Source: Eledone cirrhosa
Taxonomy: Eukaryota
Direction: 5' to 3'
Length of the DNA: 64,000 nt
NCBI GenBank assembly: GCA_964016885.1
Contig: OZ024755.1
Coordinates: 19,158,001-19,222,000, forward strand
The notes below the pieces were generated by a model, which had not been told where the DNA came from, did not search any database, and saw nothing but the letters and a program-made list of their open reading frames with translations. This document shows positions 63,760 through 64,000 of the stretch, one piece after another. Numbering within the stretch: position 1 is the first letter of the stretch; every line of letters begins with the position of its first letter. A program made the translations under genes and the position numbers.

Positions 63760-64000
63760 CTAAAAGATTTCCAGAAGAAAAAATATATATATATATATAT
63801 ACAAAAACATGGAAAGGAATTCAAAATATGCAATAAGGAATTAAGGTATATTTTTAAATGAACAATAAGAGAGTTTTGCTTCTATCTTCCAGTAAAAATG
63901 TTGATATATACATGGAAAGCAGAAAGTAAAGTGAAGTAAAAGTTATATGAATCGTTGGCAATTTAGTGCATTCAGATGATGGTTGTAGCATTCCTTATTA

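Overview
AT-rich eukaryotic DNA dominated by microsatellites and short interspersed repeats, with one 200-N assembly gap (9693-9892). The repeat repertoire resembles that of an octopod cephalopod (Octopus/Argonauta type); this is an inference from recalled repeat families, not a database result. It includes tRNA-headed Deu/Nin-domain and Meta/CORE-type SINEs, RTE-tailed (GAT)n SINEs, CR1 and RTE LINE 3' fragments, TTAA piggyBac-type, TA Tc1/mariner/pogo-type and 8-bp-TSD hAT-type MITEs, and Penelope-like termini. No protein-coding gene is recognisable: nearly all listed ORFs are microsatellite or repeat artefacts, and only weak candidate exons exist near 62.3-63.9 kb, so the window is probably a long intron or intergenic region. 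The most interesting signals are RNA-structural: (i) an apparently intact minimal type I hammerhead ribozyme at 6222-6274 inside a Penelope-type inverted repeat; (ii) a hammerhead-like variant with two insertions in an 82-bp near-perfect hairpin at 18768-18950; (iii) several decayed hammerhead and HDV-like ribozyme relics; (iv) closely spaced inverted repeats that could form dsRNA/ADAR substrates; (v) SINE-derived minisatellites; (vi) a local +/-/+ triplication with an invariant 23-mer. Repeat boundaries were read by eye and are approximate unless a target-site duplication (TSD) is given.
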